A stretch of DNA of 64,000 bases, taken from positions 1,420-65,419 of the forward strand of contig JAAYNE010000093.1 of assembly GCA_012521015.1 (NCBI GenBank), written 5' to 3'. The DNA comes from Clostridiaceae bacterium. GTDB lineage: Bacteria; Bacillota; Clostridia; Saccharofermentanales; DTU023. Position 1 is the stretch's first letter. Each line of letters starts with the position of its first letter. The position numbers and the translations under genes were made by a program. The notes under the pieces were generated by a model. That model saw only the letters and a list, made by a program, of their open reading frames with translations, was not told the DNA's origin and did no database searches. Below are positions 42,482-53,601 of the stretch, piece after piece.

Positions 42482-44005
42482 ATGGGAAAAGATATAGATA
42501 ATAATGTTGTTTTGAAAGTTAACAATATTTCTAAAAATTTTGGGCCTACAAAGGCTTTGTCAAATGTGAGTATGGAATTTTTCAGAGGAGAAATTCGTGG
42601 CTTAATCGGTGAAAATGGCTCAGGTAAATCTACGCTCTGCAATATTTTGACAGGACAACATAAAGCAGATACGGGTGATATGTACTTGTTAGATAAATTA
42701 TATAAGCCTGAGAATAATGCCATTGCTCGGGATCTGGGTGTGAGTATGATTGTTCAAGAAATGGGGACGATCGATGGCTTAACAGTGAGTGAAAATATTT
42801 TTTTAGCGAAAGAAGATATTTTTAAAACAAATGGCTTGATAAACAAGAAAAAAATGAATGAGGCAGGAGAAAAGATTTTAAGAGAACTAGGCATAGATGA
42901 TATAAAAGCAACAATGTTAATTGAAGAGTTAAATTTTGAGCAAAGAAAATTAATTGAGATTGTTAGAGCTATTTATAGTAATCCTGATATTCTAATTGTA
43001 GATGAGACAAGCACTGCATTGTCTCAAAAAGGCAGAAAGCTTCTGTATGATATTATTGATAATTTAAAAGAAAACAATAAGACAGTAATTTTTATATCAC
43101 ATGACTTAGATGAAGTTTTTCAGGTTTGTGATACTGTATCAATTCTTAGAGATGGGATACATATTAAAACAACTTCAATAAAAGAAATAACTGAAGATCA
43201 AATGAGAAGATTAATGGTTGGCAGAGATATTGAAGGAGGTTACTATCGAAGTAGTTTTGAACCCAGTGATTTAGGTATTTTGGCATTGGAGTGCAATAAT
43301 TTATATACGAGGCATCTTAAAAATATTGATCTACAATTGAAATGGGGAGAAGTATTGGGGATAGCTGGCTTGACAGATTCTGGTATGAGAGAGTTAGGAC
43401 AGGCTATTTTCGGACTAATAAATATTGTTCATGGTTCAGTTTCCGTTTTTAATAAGCTTGGAGAAAATAAACGAGTGATTAGGAACACACAACAGGCAAT
43501 TGATAATAAAATTGGGTATGTTTCTAAAAACAGAGATAAAGAAGCTCTAATGTTACTTTCTAGCATCAAAGAAAATATAGTGCTTCCTTCCTTAGATTTT
43601 TTAAAAACAGGTATATATGTTTCTCCTAAAAAAGAAAGAAAGATGGCGGATAAATATTCTAAACAAATGGAAGTTGTTATGCAAAACACAGATCAATTAG
43701 CAATCCATCTTTCTGGTGGAAATAAACAAAAAGTTGTATTAGCCAAATGGCTAGCTAATAAATCTGAAATATTAGTTTTAGATTGCCCTACCCGAGGTAT
43801 AGATGTAGGAGTAAAAAGCAGTATTTATTCTATGATATCTGAATGGAAGAAAGAAGGAAAAGCAATAATAATGATTTCAGAGGAGTTGCCCGAAATTATA
43901 GGCATGAGTGATAGGGTTTTGGTCTTTAAGAATGGAGAAATTAATAAAGAATTTATTAGATCAACTGAAATGACAGAGCATGCTTTAATACAATATATGA
44001 TTTAA
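42482..44005 (+). CDS. CUT2 sugar ABC transporter ATP-binding protein
   Basis: GENGSGKST, LSGGNKQKV, PTRGIDVG; two ABC domains. Confidence 0.93.
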   Translation: MGKDIDNNVVLKVNNISKNFGPTKALSNVSMEFFRGEIRGLIGENGSGKSTLCNILTGQHKADTGDMYLLDKLYKPENNAIARDLGVSMIVQEMGTIDGLTVSENIFLAKEDIFKTNGLINKKKMNEAGEKILRELGIDDIKATMLIEELNFEQRKLIEIVRAIYSNPDILIVDETSTALSQKGRKLLYDIIDNLKENNKTVIFISHDLDEVFQVCDTVSILRDGIHIKTTSIKEITEDQMRRLMVGRDIEGGYYRSSFEPSDLGILALECNNLYTRHLKNIDLQLKWGEVLGIAGLTDSGMRELGQAIFGLINIVHGSVSVFNKLGENKRVIRNTQQAIDNKIGYVSKNRDKEALMLLSSIKENIVLPSLDFLKTGIYVSPKKERKMADKYSKQMEVVMQNTDQLAIHLSGGNKQKVVLAKWLANKSEILVLDCPTRGIDVGVKSSIYSMISEWKKEGKAIIMISEELPEIIGMSDRVLVFKNGEINKEFIRSTEMTEHALIQYMI

Positions 44006-44020
44006 TAGGAGAAATATTTA

Positions 44021-45001
44021 ATGAGAAAAATAGAGACTGAAAAAACAAGGACTGAGAAATCTTTAAATTTTGATCGTAGAACCATAAAAGAACGATTAAG
44101 TTCGATTGTACCCTACGTAGGCCTTTTGTTTATTGTCTTGTTTTTTCAAATAGTTACAAAGGGACAATTATTAAAACCAAATAATCTAAGAACAGTATTC
44201 AACCAATTATTTACTACGTTTCTAGGAGCTTGTGGTTTATCTTTTGTAATTGCACAAGGGAATTTAGATTTGTCACTAGGTTCAGTAGCAGGTTTTGCAG
44301 CAGCTGTAGCAGGCATAATAGGTTCATCCTTGGGATTAGTGCCAACAATATTAATCTCTTTAATTATTGGAACAATAATTGGCATGATAACAGGTTTAAT
44401 ACATGTCAAATTTAATGCGCCTGCAACCATAGTAACAATTTGCATGCAATTTTTGCTCAGAGGTTTTATTGCGGTTCTAACATTAAAGGGACTGTTTGTT
44501 CCTTTGGCATGGGGTTGGATGGATAGTATAACTGTAAAAGTTATTGTCATCTCCCTTTTCTTTGTGGTTTTTCTTTACATGTTTGAGTATACAAAACTTG
44601 GAAAACATTCTAAGGCTATTGGTTCAGCACAGTTAGCAGCAGCTCAATCTGGAGTCAGGGTAGACAAGATGAAGATTTTTGCATATGTAATCAGTGGAAT
44701 GGTTGCAGGTTTATGTGGATTTTTCATGATGATACGTGCGGGATCAGTTGCTCCCACAACAGGAACATCTTTCGAAATGGATGTTTTATTGGCAATTGTG
44801 CTTGGTGGGATGCCGTTGTCTGGCGGATCTCATGCTAAAATTAGAGCTGCATTTCTAGGGAGTATCACTCTGGCATTCTTAATGAATGGTTTGATTGTTT
44901 GGGGTGTGTCGGATACTGTCCAACAGGGCGTAAAAGGGGCGATTTTATTGGTTTCAGCCACATTGTCTTATGAACGAGATAATATGGAGATAATAAAATA
45001 A
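44021..45001 (+). CDS. Sugar ABC transporter permease (RbsC-like)
   Basis: DLSLGS, AIGS...A..SGV, AIVLGG. Confidence 0.9.
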   Translation: MRKIETEKTRTEKSLNFDRRTIKERLSSIVPYVGLLFIVLFFQIVTKGQLLKPNNLRTVFNQLFTTFLGACGLSFVIAQGNLDLSLGSVAGFAAAVAGIIGSSLGLVPTILISLIIGTIIGMITGLIHVKFNAPATIVTICMQFLLRGFIAVLTLKGLFVPLAWGWMDSITVKVIVISLFFVVFLYMFEYTKLGKHSKAIGSAQLAAAQSGVRVDKMKIFAYVISGMVAGLCGFFMMIRAGSVAPTTGTSFEMDVLLAIVLGGMPLSGGSHAKIRAAFLGSITLAFLMNGLIVWGVSDTVQQGVKGAILLVSATLSYERDNMEIIK

Positions 45002-45023
45002 AAAGAATGAAAAGGAGAAAAAA

Positions 45024-46283
45024 ATGAAAATTAGAAGAGTTCTTTGCTTTATTTTAAGTTTAGTATTGATGTTTTCAGTTATAACAGCATGTGCTTCATC
45101 AAGTAAAGAGTCAAAAGAAGAATCAAAAGAAGAATCAAAAGAAGAATCAAAAGAAGAATCAAAAGAGGGAGCAAAGGAAGTAGACGATTCCAAAGAAGAC
45201 GCCAAAAAAGATGATTCAGATAAAGAAGTAGCTGAATCCCAAGTTCCGAAAATTGGAATTATAATTTGGGGAACAACTGACGCCTTAGGAAGAAATTCGA
45301 CAATGATGGTTGAAAAGTTAGTTAAACAAGCCGGTGGAGAGGTAGTTATAGATACTTCTGCTACTTCACCTGAAACGCAAATTCAAGCAGCTGAAAATTT
45401 AATTTCTGCCGGATGCAATGGCATACTAATTGTTAATTATTCTGACCAAATGTTGCCCAAATTGAGCCAAATCTGCGAAGAAAATGAGGTTTATTGGGGA
45501 TTGACGTGGAGAAGAATAATAAATGATGAAATCAGAGAAGAAGTAATAAAGTCAAAGTATTTTGTAGGATATACAGCTGAAGATGAAATTGAAATTTCCG
45601 AAAGACTTGCAAGATCTTTAGCTGAATCTGGTGCAAAAGAAGTGGCTGTCGTAAGCAGCAATGTTGGTGACACGACTCATGATATGAGAAACGAAGGTTT
45701 CGATAATATATGTGCAGAAACAGATATGGAAAGAGTAACTGAATACCGTGGTGGCAGAAGTGCTCCTGAAGTTATGGAAGCTGTAGAAAAATTTCTCACT
45801 GGTTTTCCTAATCTAGATGCAATCTTTATGACAGGCGGCACAAACAGTCAATTGGAAGGAGCTTTAGCTGCGTTGGATAAGCACGATAAACGTGGAGAAA
45901 TTCCAATAGCTGTTATAGATTTCATTGATGCAGATCTTATGAAAGAATATTTAGAAGACGGAACAATATTTAATATCGCTGGAGGGCATTATGTAGATCC
46001 TATTTATACAGCTTCATTGGTTGTTAATGCAATTGAAGGTAATCCTCTCAGTGATGTTCATGAAGAAATAACGTTAGAATTCATCGATTTTTCTGGCGTA
46101 GAAGATGCGATTGATTATTATAAATATGTTGAGAATGATGAAGATGGAATATATGCGTATACAGAGGAAGAACTTGGTCAAATGATAAAATCAATTAATC
46201 CCGAGTTTACCATCGAAGAATTAAAACAAATTGCACTTGACTATAGTATTGAAGATGTCATGGAACGACATGGTGTAAAATAA
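45024..46283 (+). CDS. Sugar ABC transporter substrate-binding lipoprotein
   Basis: Lipobox ITAC, PBP type-1 features (QIQAAENLI), acidic linker. Confidence 0.88.
   Translation: MKIRRVLCFILSLVLMFSVITACASSSKESKEESKEESKEESKEESKEGAKEVDDSKEDAKKDDSDKEVAESQVPKIGIIIWGTTDALGRNSTMMVEKLVKQAGGEVVIDTSATSPETQIQAAENLISAGCNGILIVNYSDQMLPKLSQICEENEVYWGLTWRRIINDEIREEVIKSKYFVGYTAEDEIEISERLARSLAESGAKEVAVVSSNVGDTTHDMRNEGFDNICAETDMERVTEYRGGRSAPEVMEAVEKFLTGFPNLDAIFMTGGTNSQLEGALAALDKHDKRGEIPIAVIDFIDADLMKEYLEDGTIFNIAGGHYVDPIYTASLVVNAIEGNPLSDVHEEITLEFIDFSGVEDAIDYYKYVENDEDGIYAYTEEELGQMIKSINPEFTIEELKQIALDYSIEDVMERHGVK
45111..45166 (+). repeat. 12-bp coding tandem repeat (SKEE)n
   Basis: TCAAAAGAAGAA x4 plus a partial copy. 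Confidence 0.92.
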
Positions 46284-46292
46284 TCTGATGAT

Positions 46293-46324
46293 GTAGGTAA
46301 TAAGTTAATAAGCTTATTGCCTAC
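46293..46324 (+). terminator. Intra-operon stem-loop after the SBP gene
   Basis: GTAGGTAATAAGTT-aata-AGCTTATTGCCTAC. Confidence 0.55.
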
Positions 46325-46359
46325 TATTTATAACAACTATAACAAGAGGGAAAATCCAA

Positions 46360-47343
46360 ATGAACAAGAATAACAAAACAAGTCGATTTCTATTGAGAAT
46401 AATAATATCTTTATTGTTACCCTTGATTGTATATATAATATTTAAATTAATTAGACCAACAACATTTGGTTCTTTGGAAGCTTTATATATAATTTTTCAG
46501 CAAGCAATGGTTGCAACATTAATTTCTTTAGGAATGTTACTAAACATGACGATTGGAATTTGGGATTTTAGTGCCGGGGCTATTGTTACGATGGTAGGAA
46601 TAATTTTGGGACATGTTGCGAATTCGTTTGGTAATATTTTAATAATGATTATAGCAACCTTACTTCTTGGTATCGTTGTAGGATTGTTAGATGCGTCGTT
46701 ATATACGATAACCAGGGTACCTTCGGTTGTTATAACGATTTCTTTGCTTTTAATGTATGAATCGTTTGCATCAACATATAAAGGTGGTCTGGGAGTCTCT
46801 ATTGCTAAAGAGCTGGCAATACTTGGAAGCTCTCCATGGATTTTTATTGTTTCTTTTATTATGTTGTCTGTTATGTATATCATATACAATAAAACAAAAT
46901 TAGGATTTGGTGCAAGAGCAATAGGAAGCAATGAGATAGTTGCGAAATCAGCAGGATTTAATCCTAAGAAGATTAAATTTTATTCATTCTTTCTAGCTGG
47001 ATTATTTTATTCAGTTGCCGGGTTAATTAATCTTTCCTACGGAACAGCTTTATCACCAGGCAAAAACATGTCTACTCTAGAATTAAATTTCAATTCAATG
47101 ATTGCAGTCTTTATTGCAATGTATTTATCTAAGCAGTGCAATCCGGTTATTGGTTTGATTATAGGTAATTTTACAATGAAGTTGTTGAGTGCAGGATTAG
47201 TGGCGGCAGGGGTCCCGGGTACGATGCAAAAAGTGCTTATAGGGGTATTATTAATTTTCTTTATGAGCTTTAATGGTGCCAAAGATAACCTCAAGGAAAA
47301 GCAAGCTGACTTTAAAAATTATAATTCAATACAAAATTCTTAA
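46360..47343 (+). CDS. Second sugar ABC transporter permease
   Basis: WDFSAGA, RAIGSNE..A..AG; hydrophobic. Confidence 0.88.
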   Translation: MNKNNKTSRFLLRIIISLLLPLIVYIIFKLIRPTTFGSLEALYIIFQQAMVATLISLGMLLNMTIGIWDFSAGAIVTMVGIILGHVANSFGNILIMIIATLLLGIVVGLLDASLYTITRVPSVVITISLLLMYESFASTYKGGLGVSIAKELAILGSSPWIFIVSFIMLSVMYIIYNKTKLGFGARAIGSNEIVAKSAGFNPKKIKFYSFFLAGLFYSVAGLINLSYGTALSPGKNMSTLELNFNSMIAVFIAMYLSKQCNPVIGLIIGNFTMKLLSAGLVAAGVPGTMQKVLIGVLLIFFMSFNGAKDNLKEKQADFKNYNSIQNS

Positions 47344-47507
47344 AAGTTAATTTTATAAAATTTGTTGAGTTATATATTGTTGACTAAAGGTGGGGAACGG
47401 GATTCTAAATTGAATTAACAAAAATTTAAAAGTTAAATTTGATCAAGAATAAATATAATAATATACGTGTGAAATAGCCTGAAATTCAATTTGTAAAGGA
47501 GAAGAAT

Positions 47508-49511
47508 ATGAACTTATCAGCATACGAGAAAATACATTTTGGTGTGGACTATTATCCAGAACATTGGCCAAAAGAAAGATGGAAAAAAGATGCTACTTTA
47601 ATGAAAGAATTAGGAATAGATGTTATTCGTATTGCCGAATTTTCATGGAGTAAATATGAGCCTGAGGAGGGGAAATATGATTTTTCTTTGATTGATGAAG
47701 TGATTGAACTAATGTCAGAATACGAGTTTAAAATCATACTCGGAACACCTTCAGCTGCACCTCCTGCATGGCTAATTAAGAAGTATCCCGATGTTCAACC
47801 AATAGATTATGAAGGTAAGAGGAGACATTTTGGTGGAAGGCATCATGCTTGTCAGTCAAATAAGCACTTAAGAGACTATATTGATAAATATGTAAATCGT
47901 TTTGCAGACCATTTCTCTGATAACGAAAATGTGTTTGGTTGGCAAATTGATAATGAATTAGGTAATAGTCATGGAGATTTATGCTATTGTGATAGTTGCC
48001 AAGAGGAATTCAGAAAGTGGCTTAAGAATAAATATGGAACGATTAATGAATTAAATGAAAAATGGGGTACTGTATTTTGGAGTCAAGGTTATCGCGATTT
48101 TGATGAAATTATTGCTCCTAAAATTACAGTTACAGGGAGAAATCCTTCTCAGATTTTAGATTGGAAATTGTTTTGTTCTGACTTGATTGTAGATTTTCAT
48201 AAACATCAATCATCGATAATTAGAAGATATTCAGATAAACCAATCACTCATAATTTTATGGGTTTTGCAAATAAAGTGAATTATTTTGACTTAGCAGAGG
48301 ATTTAGAGTTTGTCTCTCATGATCAATATCCGGGATTGTTCCATACAGATTTTCTCCATGTCAGGAATAGTGACCTTGCTGCAGCTTTAGATTTAATGCG
48401 TGGAACCAAGAAACAACCATATTGGATAATGGAACAACAATCTGGAATTACAGGTTGGGAAATAATGGGTCGATCCCCTAAACCGGGTCAATTAAGTCTA
48501 TGGGCAGGTCAATCTATTGCACATGGTGCAGATTGTGTCGTTTTTTTTAGATGGAGAAATTGTATTTACGGAACAGAACAATATTGGCATGGGATTTTAC
48601 CACATAGTGGTATTCCGGGAAGGAATTATAATGAATTGAAAGAGTTTATCAATAAATTCAAGCCTTTAATGGAAAAAATAAAAGGTGCAATGCCACAAAA
48701 TAAAGTTGGAATTGTATTTTCATATAATCAAGAATATGCCTTAGAAATCCAACCACATCATCCTGACTTTAGTTATACGGAACAAGTAAAAAATTATTAT
48801 AACGCTTTTCACAGTTTAAACATACCGGTCGATTTTTTGTCTGAAGATTCTGATTTTGAAAATTACAACTTAATAGTAGCGCCCTCACAATATTTAATGT
48901 CTGATAAATTGGAAGATAAATATTGTGAATATGTTAATCAGGGTGGGCAACTCATCTTAACTATGAGAAGTGGTGTGAAGGATGAAAATAATATATGCCG
49001 AACAAGTGGATCTTTGCCTTGCGGAAGGTTGACGGAATTATTAGGTATAGAAATATTGGAATACGACTGTTTGCGGGATGTTCTAGGTACGGTGGTGTTT
49101 GAAAATAAAAATTATGATGTTGATATTTGGGCTGATATTCTGTCTTTGAGAACTGCAAAAGAATTAGCTACGTATGGTTTTGAGTATTATCAAGGTGAGC
49201 CAAGCATTACTGTTAATGAATTTGGGAGAGGAAAAGCATACTATATTGGTACGAATCCCAGTAAAGAGTTATTAATTAAATTTATTAAACTAATTGGTGA
49301 GGACATTGATTTAAATTTAAACTCTAAACTATTAATAGACGGAGTAGAATTTGTTTCCAGACAAGATGAAAATACAGAATATATATTTGCGTTAAATCAC
49401 AATGAAAAAACAGTGTCATTTGAGCGGTTAGAAGGTTGGGTAGATTATTTTGAAGAACAATCTTCCAAAATCAAACCATACCAGATAAATGTATATAAAA
49501 AGAGTTTATAG
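47508..49511 (+). CDS. GH42 glycosidase (beta-galactosidase family; possibly alpha-L-arabinopyranosidase)
   Basis: GVDYYPEHW, acid/base DNE, CYC, nucleophile IMEQQ, trimerisation domain; no signal peptide. Confidence 0.92.
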   Translation: MNLSAYEKIHFGVDYYPEHWPKERWKKDATLMKELGIDVIRIAEFSWSKYEPEEGKYDFSLIDEVIELMSEYEFKIILGTPSAAPPAWLIKKYPDVQPIDYEGKRRHFGGRHHACQSNKHLRDYIDKYVNRFADHFSDNENVFGWQIDNELGNSHGDLCYCDSCQEEFRKWLKNKYGTINELNEKWGTVFWSQGYRDFDEIIAPKITVTGRNPSQILDWKLFCSDLIVDFHKHQSSIIRRYSDKPITHNFMGFANKVNYFDLAEDLEFVSHDQYPGLFHTDFLHVRNSDLAAALDLMRGTKKQPYWIMEQQSGITGWEIMGRSPKPGQLSLWAGQSIAHGADCVVFFRWRNCIYGTEQYWHGILPHSGIPGRNYNELKEFINKFKPLMEKIKGAMPQNKVGIVFSYNQEYALEIQPHHPDFSYTEQVKNYYNAFHSLNIPVDFLSEDSDFENYNLIVAPSQYLMSDKLEDKYCEYVNQGGQLILTMRSGVKDENNICRTSGSLPCGRLTELLGIEILEYDCLRDVLGTVVFENKNYDVDIWADILSLRTAKELATYGFEYYQGEPSITVNEFGRGKAYYIGTNPSKELLIKFIKLIGEDIDLNLNSKLLIDGVEFVSRQDENTEYIFALNHNEKTVSFERLEGWVDYFEEQSSKIKPYQINVYKKSL

Positions 49512-49532
49512 GATCTATAGTTAATATTTATT

Positions 49533-49566
49533 TCTAACTCAAACAATATATATTGTTTGAGTTAGA
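49533..49566. terminator. Perfect 34-bp palindrome, likely terminator after GH42
   Basis: TCTAACTCAAACAATAT|ATATTGTTTGAGTTAGA. Confidence 0.6.
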
Positions 49567-49629
49567 TTCATATCTGTTCTATCAAGTGGGATTTAAAGAT
49601 GGAATTAATGCTGGAATGAGTATTCAGGT

Positions 49630-50763
49630 TTGTTTTTGCAAAAGAAATTTGAAGGAGCAAGTGTAAACGAATTGTCAGGTCAAGTGTTTAAATACATAAA
49701 AATAGCCAACATATTAAGAAATGAAATAATAAAGAAAAACTATTTGTTTGGTGATAAATTACCTTCGGAGAAATCTTTATGTGATGAATATTCAGTATCT
49801 AGAGAAACTGTAAGAAAAGCTTTTTCAGTGTTGCAATCTGGTAATTATGTTAAGCCTATCAAAGGTAGTGGAACTTACGTCACATATAATAAAAATGAAG
49901 AGGATGCAGAGAAAAGTTCAATGACAATAGGTGTTATTTCAACTTACTTTGATGATTATATCTTTCCTCCAATTATTAGAGGAATGAATAGGATTTTATC
50001 TGAAAATGGGTATTCTCTTCAACTATTTACAACTGATAACATAATAGAAAAGGAAACAATTGCTCTTAACAAATTACATTCGTTAAATATTGATGGTATT
50101 ATCGCAGAACCTACGAAAAGTGGATTTATTAATCCTAATATCTATTTATATAAAAAATTTATAGACGAGAAGATACCCGTTATTTTTTTTAATTCATATT
50201 ATCCAGAATTAAGGGAAATTCCGTATGTTAGTTTAGACGACAGAGAAGCAGGAAAATTGGCTACTAATATCTTATTTAAAAATAACCATAGGAATATTGT
50301 CAGTATTATGAAACGTGATGATTTACAAGGTCAGTTAAGATATAAGGGTTTTTTGGATGTTTTATTTGAAAACAACATTGATATTAATATTGACAAGCAT
50401 ATATGGTATACAACAGAGGACTTGAGAAATATTGAAAATATTTTCGAGAAAGAGTTAATGAGGTTCATAGGAGATGCCACAGCTATATTTTGTTATAACG
50501 ATTTAATTGCTTACAAGGCAATAGATTTCCTGTTATCTGCAGGAATAAGGGTTCCGGAAGATATTTCGATAATAAGTGTTGATAATTTGTCGTTTGCGAA
50601 ATATCATCATTTTCCTATAGCATCTATAAATCATCCAAAATCATTATTAGGGCAAAAGGTTGCTGAAAACATTTTGGAGATGATAAGGAAAAAAACAGTA
50701 GGTAGTGATTTTCTTTTCCCCGCAGAATTTGTAAGTGGTAGAACAATACGATTTAACAAATAA
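49630..50763 (+). CDS. araR: Arabinose repressor (GntR HTH plus LacI-type sensor domain)
   Basis: LPSE..L...YSVSRETVRKA, GSGTYV, DYIFP.IIRG, EPTKS; near araABD; start uncertain. Confidence 0.88.
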   Translation: MFLQKKFEGASVNELSGQVFKYIKIANILRNEIIKKNYLFGDKLPSEKSLCDEYSVSRETVRKAFSVLQSGNYVKPIKGSGTYVTYNKNEEDAEKSSMTIGVISTYFDDYIFPPIIRGMNRILSENGYSLQLFTTDNIIEKETIALNKLHSLNIDGIIAEPTKSGFINPNIYLYKKFIDEKIPVIFFNSYYPELREIPYVSLDDREAGKLATNILFKNNHRNIVSIMKRDDLQGQLRYKGFLDVLFENNIDINIDKHIWYTTEDLRNIENIFEKELMRFIGDATAIFCYNDLIAYKAIDFLLSAGIRVPEDISIISVDNLSFAKYHHFPIASINHPKSLLGQKVAENILEMIRKKTVGSDFLFPAEFVSGRTIRFNK

Positions 50764-51022
50764 TAATATCGATAACTCACTTTCCCACATAGGGAAAATT
50801 GAATCGATAAATTTTTAAGATTTGATAAGAAAAACAATTCAAATTTTTAAAACAAGGAATTTGGAAATCAGAATCAGTCTCAAGTAATCAAATCAATGTG
50901 TCATTTATGAAAAATACTGAAAGACAAATGGCTTTTTATTGAAATCAGTGGGATTAAGAGAAGCAAAAATGAATTCACGGAATAATCTTACTAGATAAAC
51001 TTTTAAAGAAAGGGATTTAAAA

Positions 51023-53425
51023 ATGAAGAAAATTAATTTCAATAATAACTGGAGTTACTATAATTATGAAAATGGTGATAGGACAAGAAAAAAAATAACC
51101 CTTCCGCATGATGCAATGATTTTAGAAAAAAGAAATCCGAATTGCGACAATTCGTATAATTCTGGGTATTATCCGGGTGGGAAATACATTTATGAAAAGG
51201 AATTTGAAATTCAAAAACAAGATGATAATGAAAAAGTTTTTATTGAATTTGAAGGAGTATATAGGGATTGTGAAGTATATCTAAATGGAGAATTGGTTGG
51301 ATCAAATAATTATGGCTATTCGAATTTTTATATAGATTTAAGTTCTAAAATCTTATTTGATAAATTGAATCATTTAAAGGTAGTAGTTGATAATTCAAAA
51401 ACCCCTAATAGTAGATGGTATTCCGGAAGTGGTATTTATAGAGATGTAAATTTATATGTAGGATGTAAAAATCATCTATCATATAATCCTGTAAAAATTA
51501 CAACTGTTGATGTGAATAAAAACTTTGCTATGATCTCCTATGAAGTTTCGTCAATAAAGGACAAACTTTCTGATTATCGATTTGAATTATCTATTTTTTA
51601 TAATGGTGAATTAATTCAAACAGAAGATGGAGAATCTGGAATTGTTAGTATCGAATTACCTAAATTGTGGTCTGCAGAGGAACCCAATCTTTATCAATAT
51701 AGAGTAAGAATGTTTGAAGGCGATAAACTTGTTGATGAAGATACGGGTAGATTTGGAATTCGAATGGTAGAAACAAATCGTGATAAAGGTTTGTTAATCA
51801 ATGGTAATAAAGTAATTCTTATAGGAGCCTGTATACATCATGACAATGGTGTGCTTGGAGCCATCTCTTTACCAGATGCCGAAAGAAGAAAAATCCGAAT
51901 ACTCAAAGAGAATGGATTTAATGCAATCAGAAGTGCTCATAATCCCATTTCAAAAAATTTACTAGAAGCTTGTGATGAACTGGGTATGTATGTTATGGAT
52001 GAAGCATTTGATATGTGGTTTTCTTATAAAACAGAGTATGATTATGCAAAAGACTTCAGACAAGATTGGGAGAAGGATCTTGAAGCGATGGTTTGTAAGG
52101 ATTATAATCATCCGAGTGTAATTATGTATTCAATTGGAAACGAAATAATTGACACTATTTCACCACGTGCTACTACTATGACAAAAAGATTAGTTGATAA
52201 AATTCGAAGCATTGATCAATCAAGACTAATAATCAATTGTATAAATCCCGGTACTGCTATGCTTGCAAAAACAACAAATGCAAGCCCTGAAGAAATAGAT
52301 GTTGAGATGGAAAGAGCACCTGGTGCAAATTTACTTTTAGAGTCATCGGAAGGAAATGATTTTTTAATTAAATTAATAGAAGATTTGCCGGGAGTTCTGA
52401 GTGGGGATGAATTTAGTGCTAAAACAGAAAAGCTGTTTAGTTATCTAGATGTTGTAGGTTACAATTATGCAATTATGGCTCCTGAATGCACGAAAGAAAA
52501 ATATCCTGAAAGAATTAACTGCGGTTCCGAGAATTTTCCCTCTGAAATAATTGAAAATTTTAAAATTGCTTCAAGATCTGGAGATGTAATTGGAGATTTT
52601 GTTTGGACCGGCTGGGATTATATAGGTGAAGCATGTATAGGAAGTTATACTTACGGCGACAGTGATGAAGGGTTATATAAAAAGTATCCTGCTTTACTAG
52701 CAGGTTGTGGAATTATTGACTTAATAGGATTCCCGACTCAACAGGCTTACTTCAGACAGATTGTTTGTAATCAAATCTCAAATCCATATATTACAGTTAG
52801 ACCGATGGATTTAGATATTGCTAATACATATACCTCTGTTTGGAGACAGTTCGATGGTATTGCAAGTTGGTCTTGGGCAGGATATGAAGACAAACTTGCA
52901 ACTGTAGAAGTCTATTCTAATGGAGCTTTTGTTGAACTATATCTAAATAATGAATTAATAGCGAAGAATCCGGTTAATAATTATTTGGCATCATTTGAGA
53001 TTCCTTATGAACAAGGATCAATAACTGCTATTCAATATGATGAAAATGGAGTTGAGACTGGTAAATGTTCATTAAAGTCGGCCGACAAACAAACCTACTT
53101 AAAGATAGATGTCGAAAAAGATGAACTATTACCGAACGGACAAGATTTATCTTTTATCAATATTGAATTGGCTGATAAAAACGGAATCTTAAAGGTAGCT
53201 CAGGATCAAGAAATATATGTGGAAGTTAATGGAGCTGGTTACTTTGCAGGTTTAGGAAGCGGCAACCCAATGACTGTTGATGAATTTGCTTCAGGTAAAT
53301 GCTGTACATATCGTGGGAGAGCGTTGTTAGTAGTTAGGTCAGGTTTTGAAACAGGAGATATATTTGTTAAAATTGTCTCAGATCATTTAGAAAAAACAAT
53401 TAAGTTAGAGGTAATAGATAAATAA
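51023..53425 (+). CDS. GH2 glycoside hydrolase
   Basis: RWYSGSGIYR, GACIHHDNG, IRSAHNP, NHPSVIMYSIGNE, GSE, WTGWDYIGE; no signal peptide. Confidence 0.92.
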   Translation: MKKINFNNNWSYYNYENGDRTRKKITLPHDAMILEKRNPNCDNSYNSGYYPGGKYIYEKEFEIQKQDDNEKVFIEFEGVYRDCEVYLNGELVGSNNYGYSNFYIDLSSKILFDKLNHLKVVVDNSKTPNSRWYSGSGIYRDVNLYVGCKNHLSYNPVKITTVDVNKNFAMISYEVSSIKDKLSDYRFELSIFYNGELIQTEDGESGIVSIELPKLWSAEEPNLYQYRVRMFEGDKLVDEDTGRFGIRMVETNRDKGLLINGNKVILIGACIHHDNGVLGAISLPDAERRKIRILKENGFNAIRSAHNPISKNLLEACDELGMYVMDEAFDMWFSYKTEYDYAKDFRQDWEKDLEAMVCKDYNHPSVIMYSIGNEIIDTISPRATTMTKRLVDKIRSIDQSRLIINCINPGTAMLAKTTNASPEEIDVEMERAPGANLLLESSEGNDFLIKLIEDLPGVLSGDEFSAKTEKLFSYLDVVGYNYAIMAPECTKEKYPERINCGSENFPSEIIENFKIASRSGDVIGDFVWTGWDYIGEACIGSYTYGDSDEGLYKKYPALLAGCGIIDLIGFPTQQAYFRQIVCNQISNPYITVRPMDLDIANTYTSVWRQFDGIASWSWAGYEDKLATVEVYSNGAFVELYLNNELIAKNPVNNYLASFEIPYEQGSITAIQYDENGVETGKCSLKSADKQTYLKIDVEKDELLPNGQDLSFINIELADKNGILKVAQDQEIYVEVNGAGYFAGLGSGNPMTVDEFASGKCCTYRGRALLVVRSGFETGDIFVKIVSDHLEKTIKLEVIDK

Positions 53426-53522
53426 TGACTAAAAAATATTGAGCGAAAATATATTCTAATTTGAAATAATTATTTTTTATAGTTAAAAGAAGATGTTGGT
53501 TTTATCATGTGATGTGCATGGT

Positions 53523-53538
53523 TCATGTACTTACATAA
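53523..53538. promoter_or_regulatory. Putative AraR operator upstream of araA
   Basis: TCATGTACTTACATAA resembles the Bacillus AraR box ATTTGTACGTACAAAT. Confidence 0.45.
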
Positions 53539-53601
53539 ATAAGAAATTAAATATAAGTAATATGGGCGGGAAAGAGTAAATAACAAGATAAAAAAGGTAA
53601 A

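Noticed and set aside
45111..45166. CRISPR-like array
   Set aside because: Contiguous 12-bp coding repeat without spacers; no cas genes in the window
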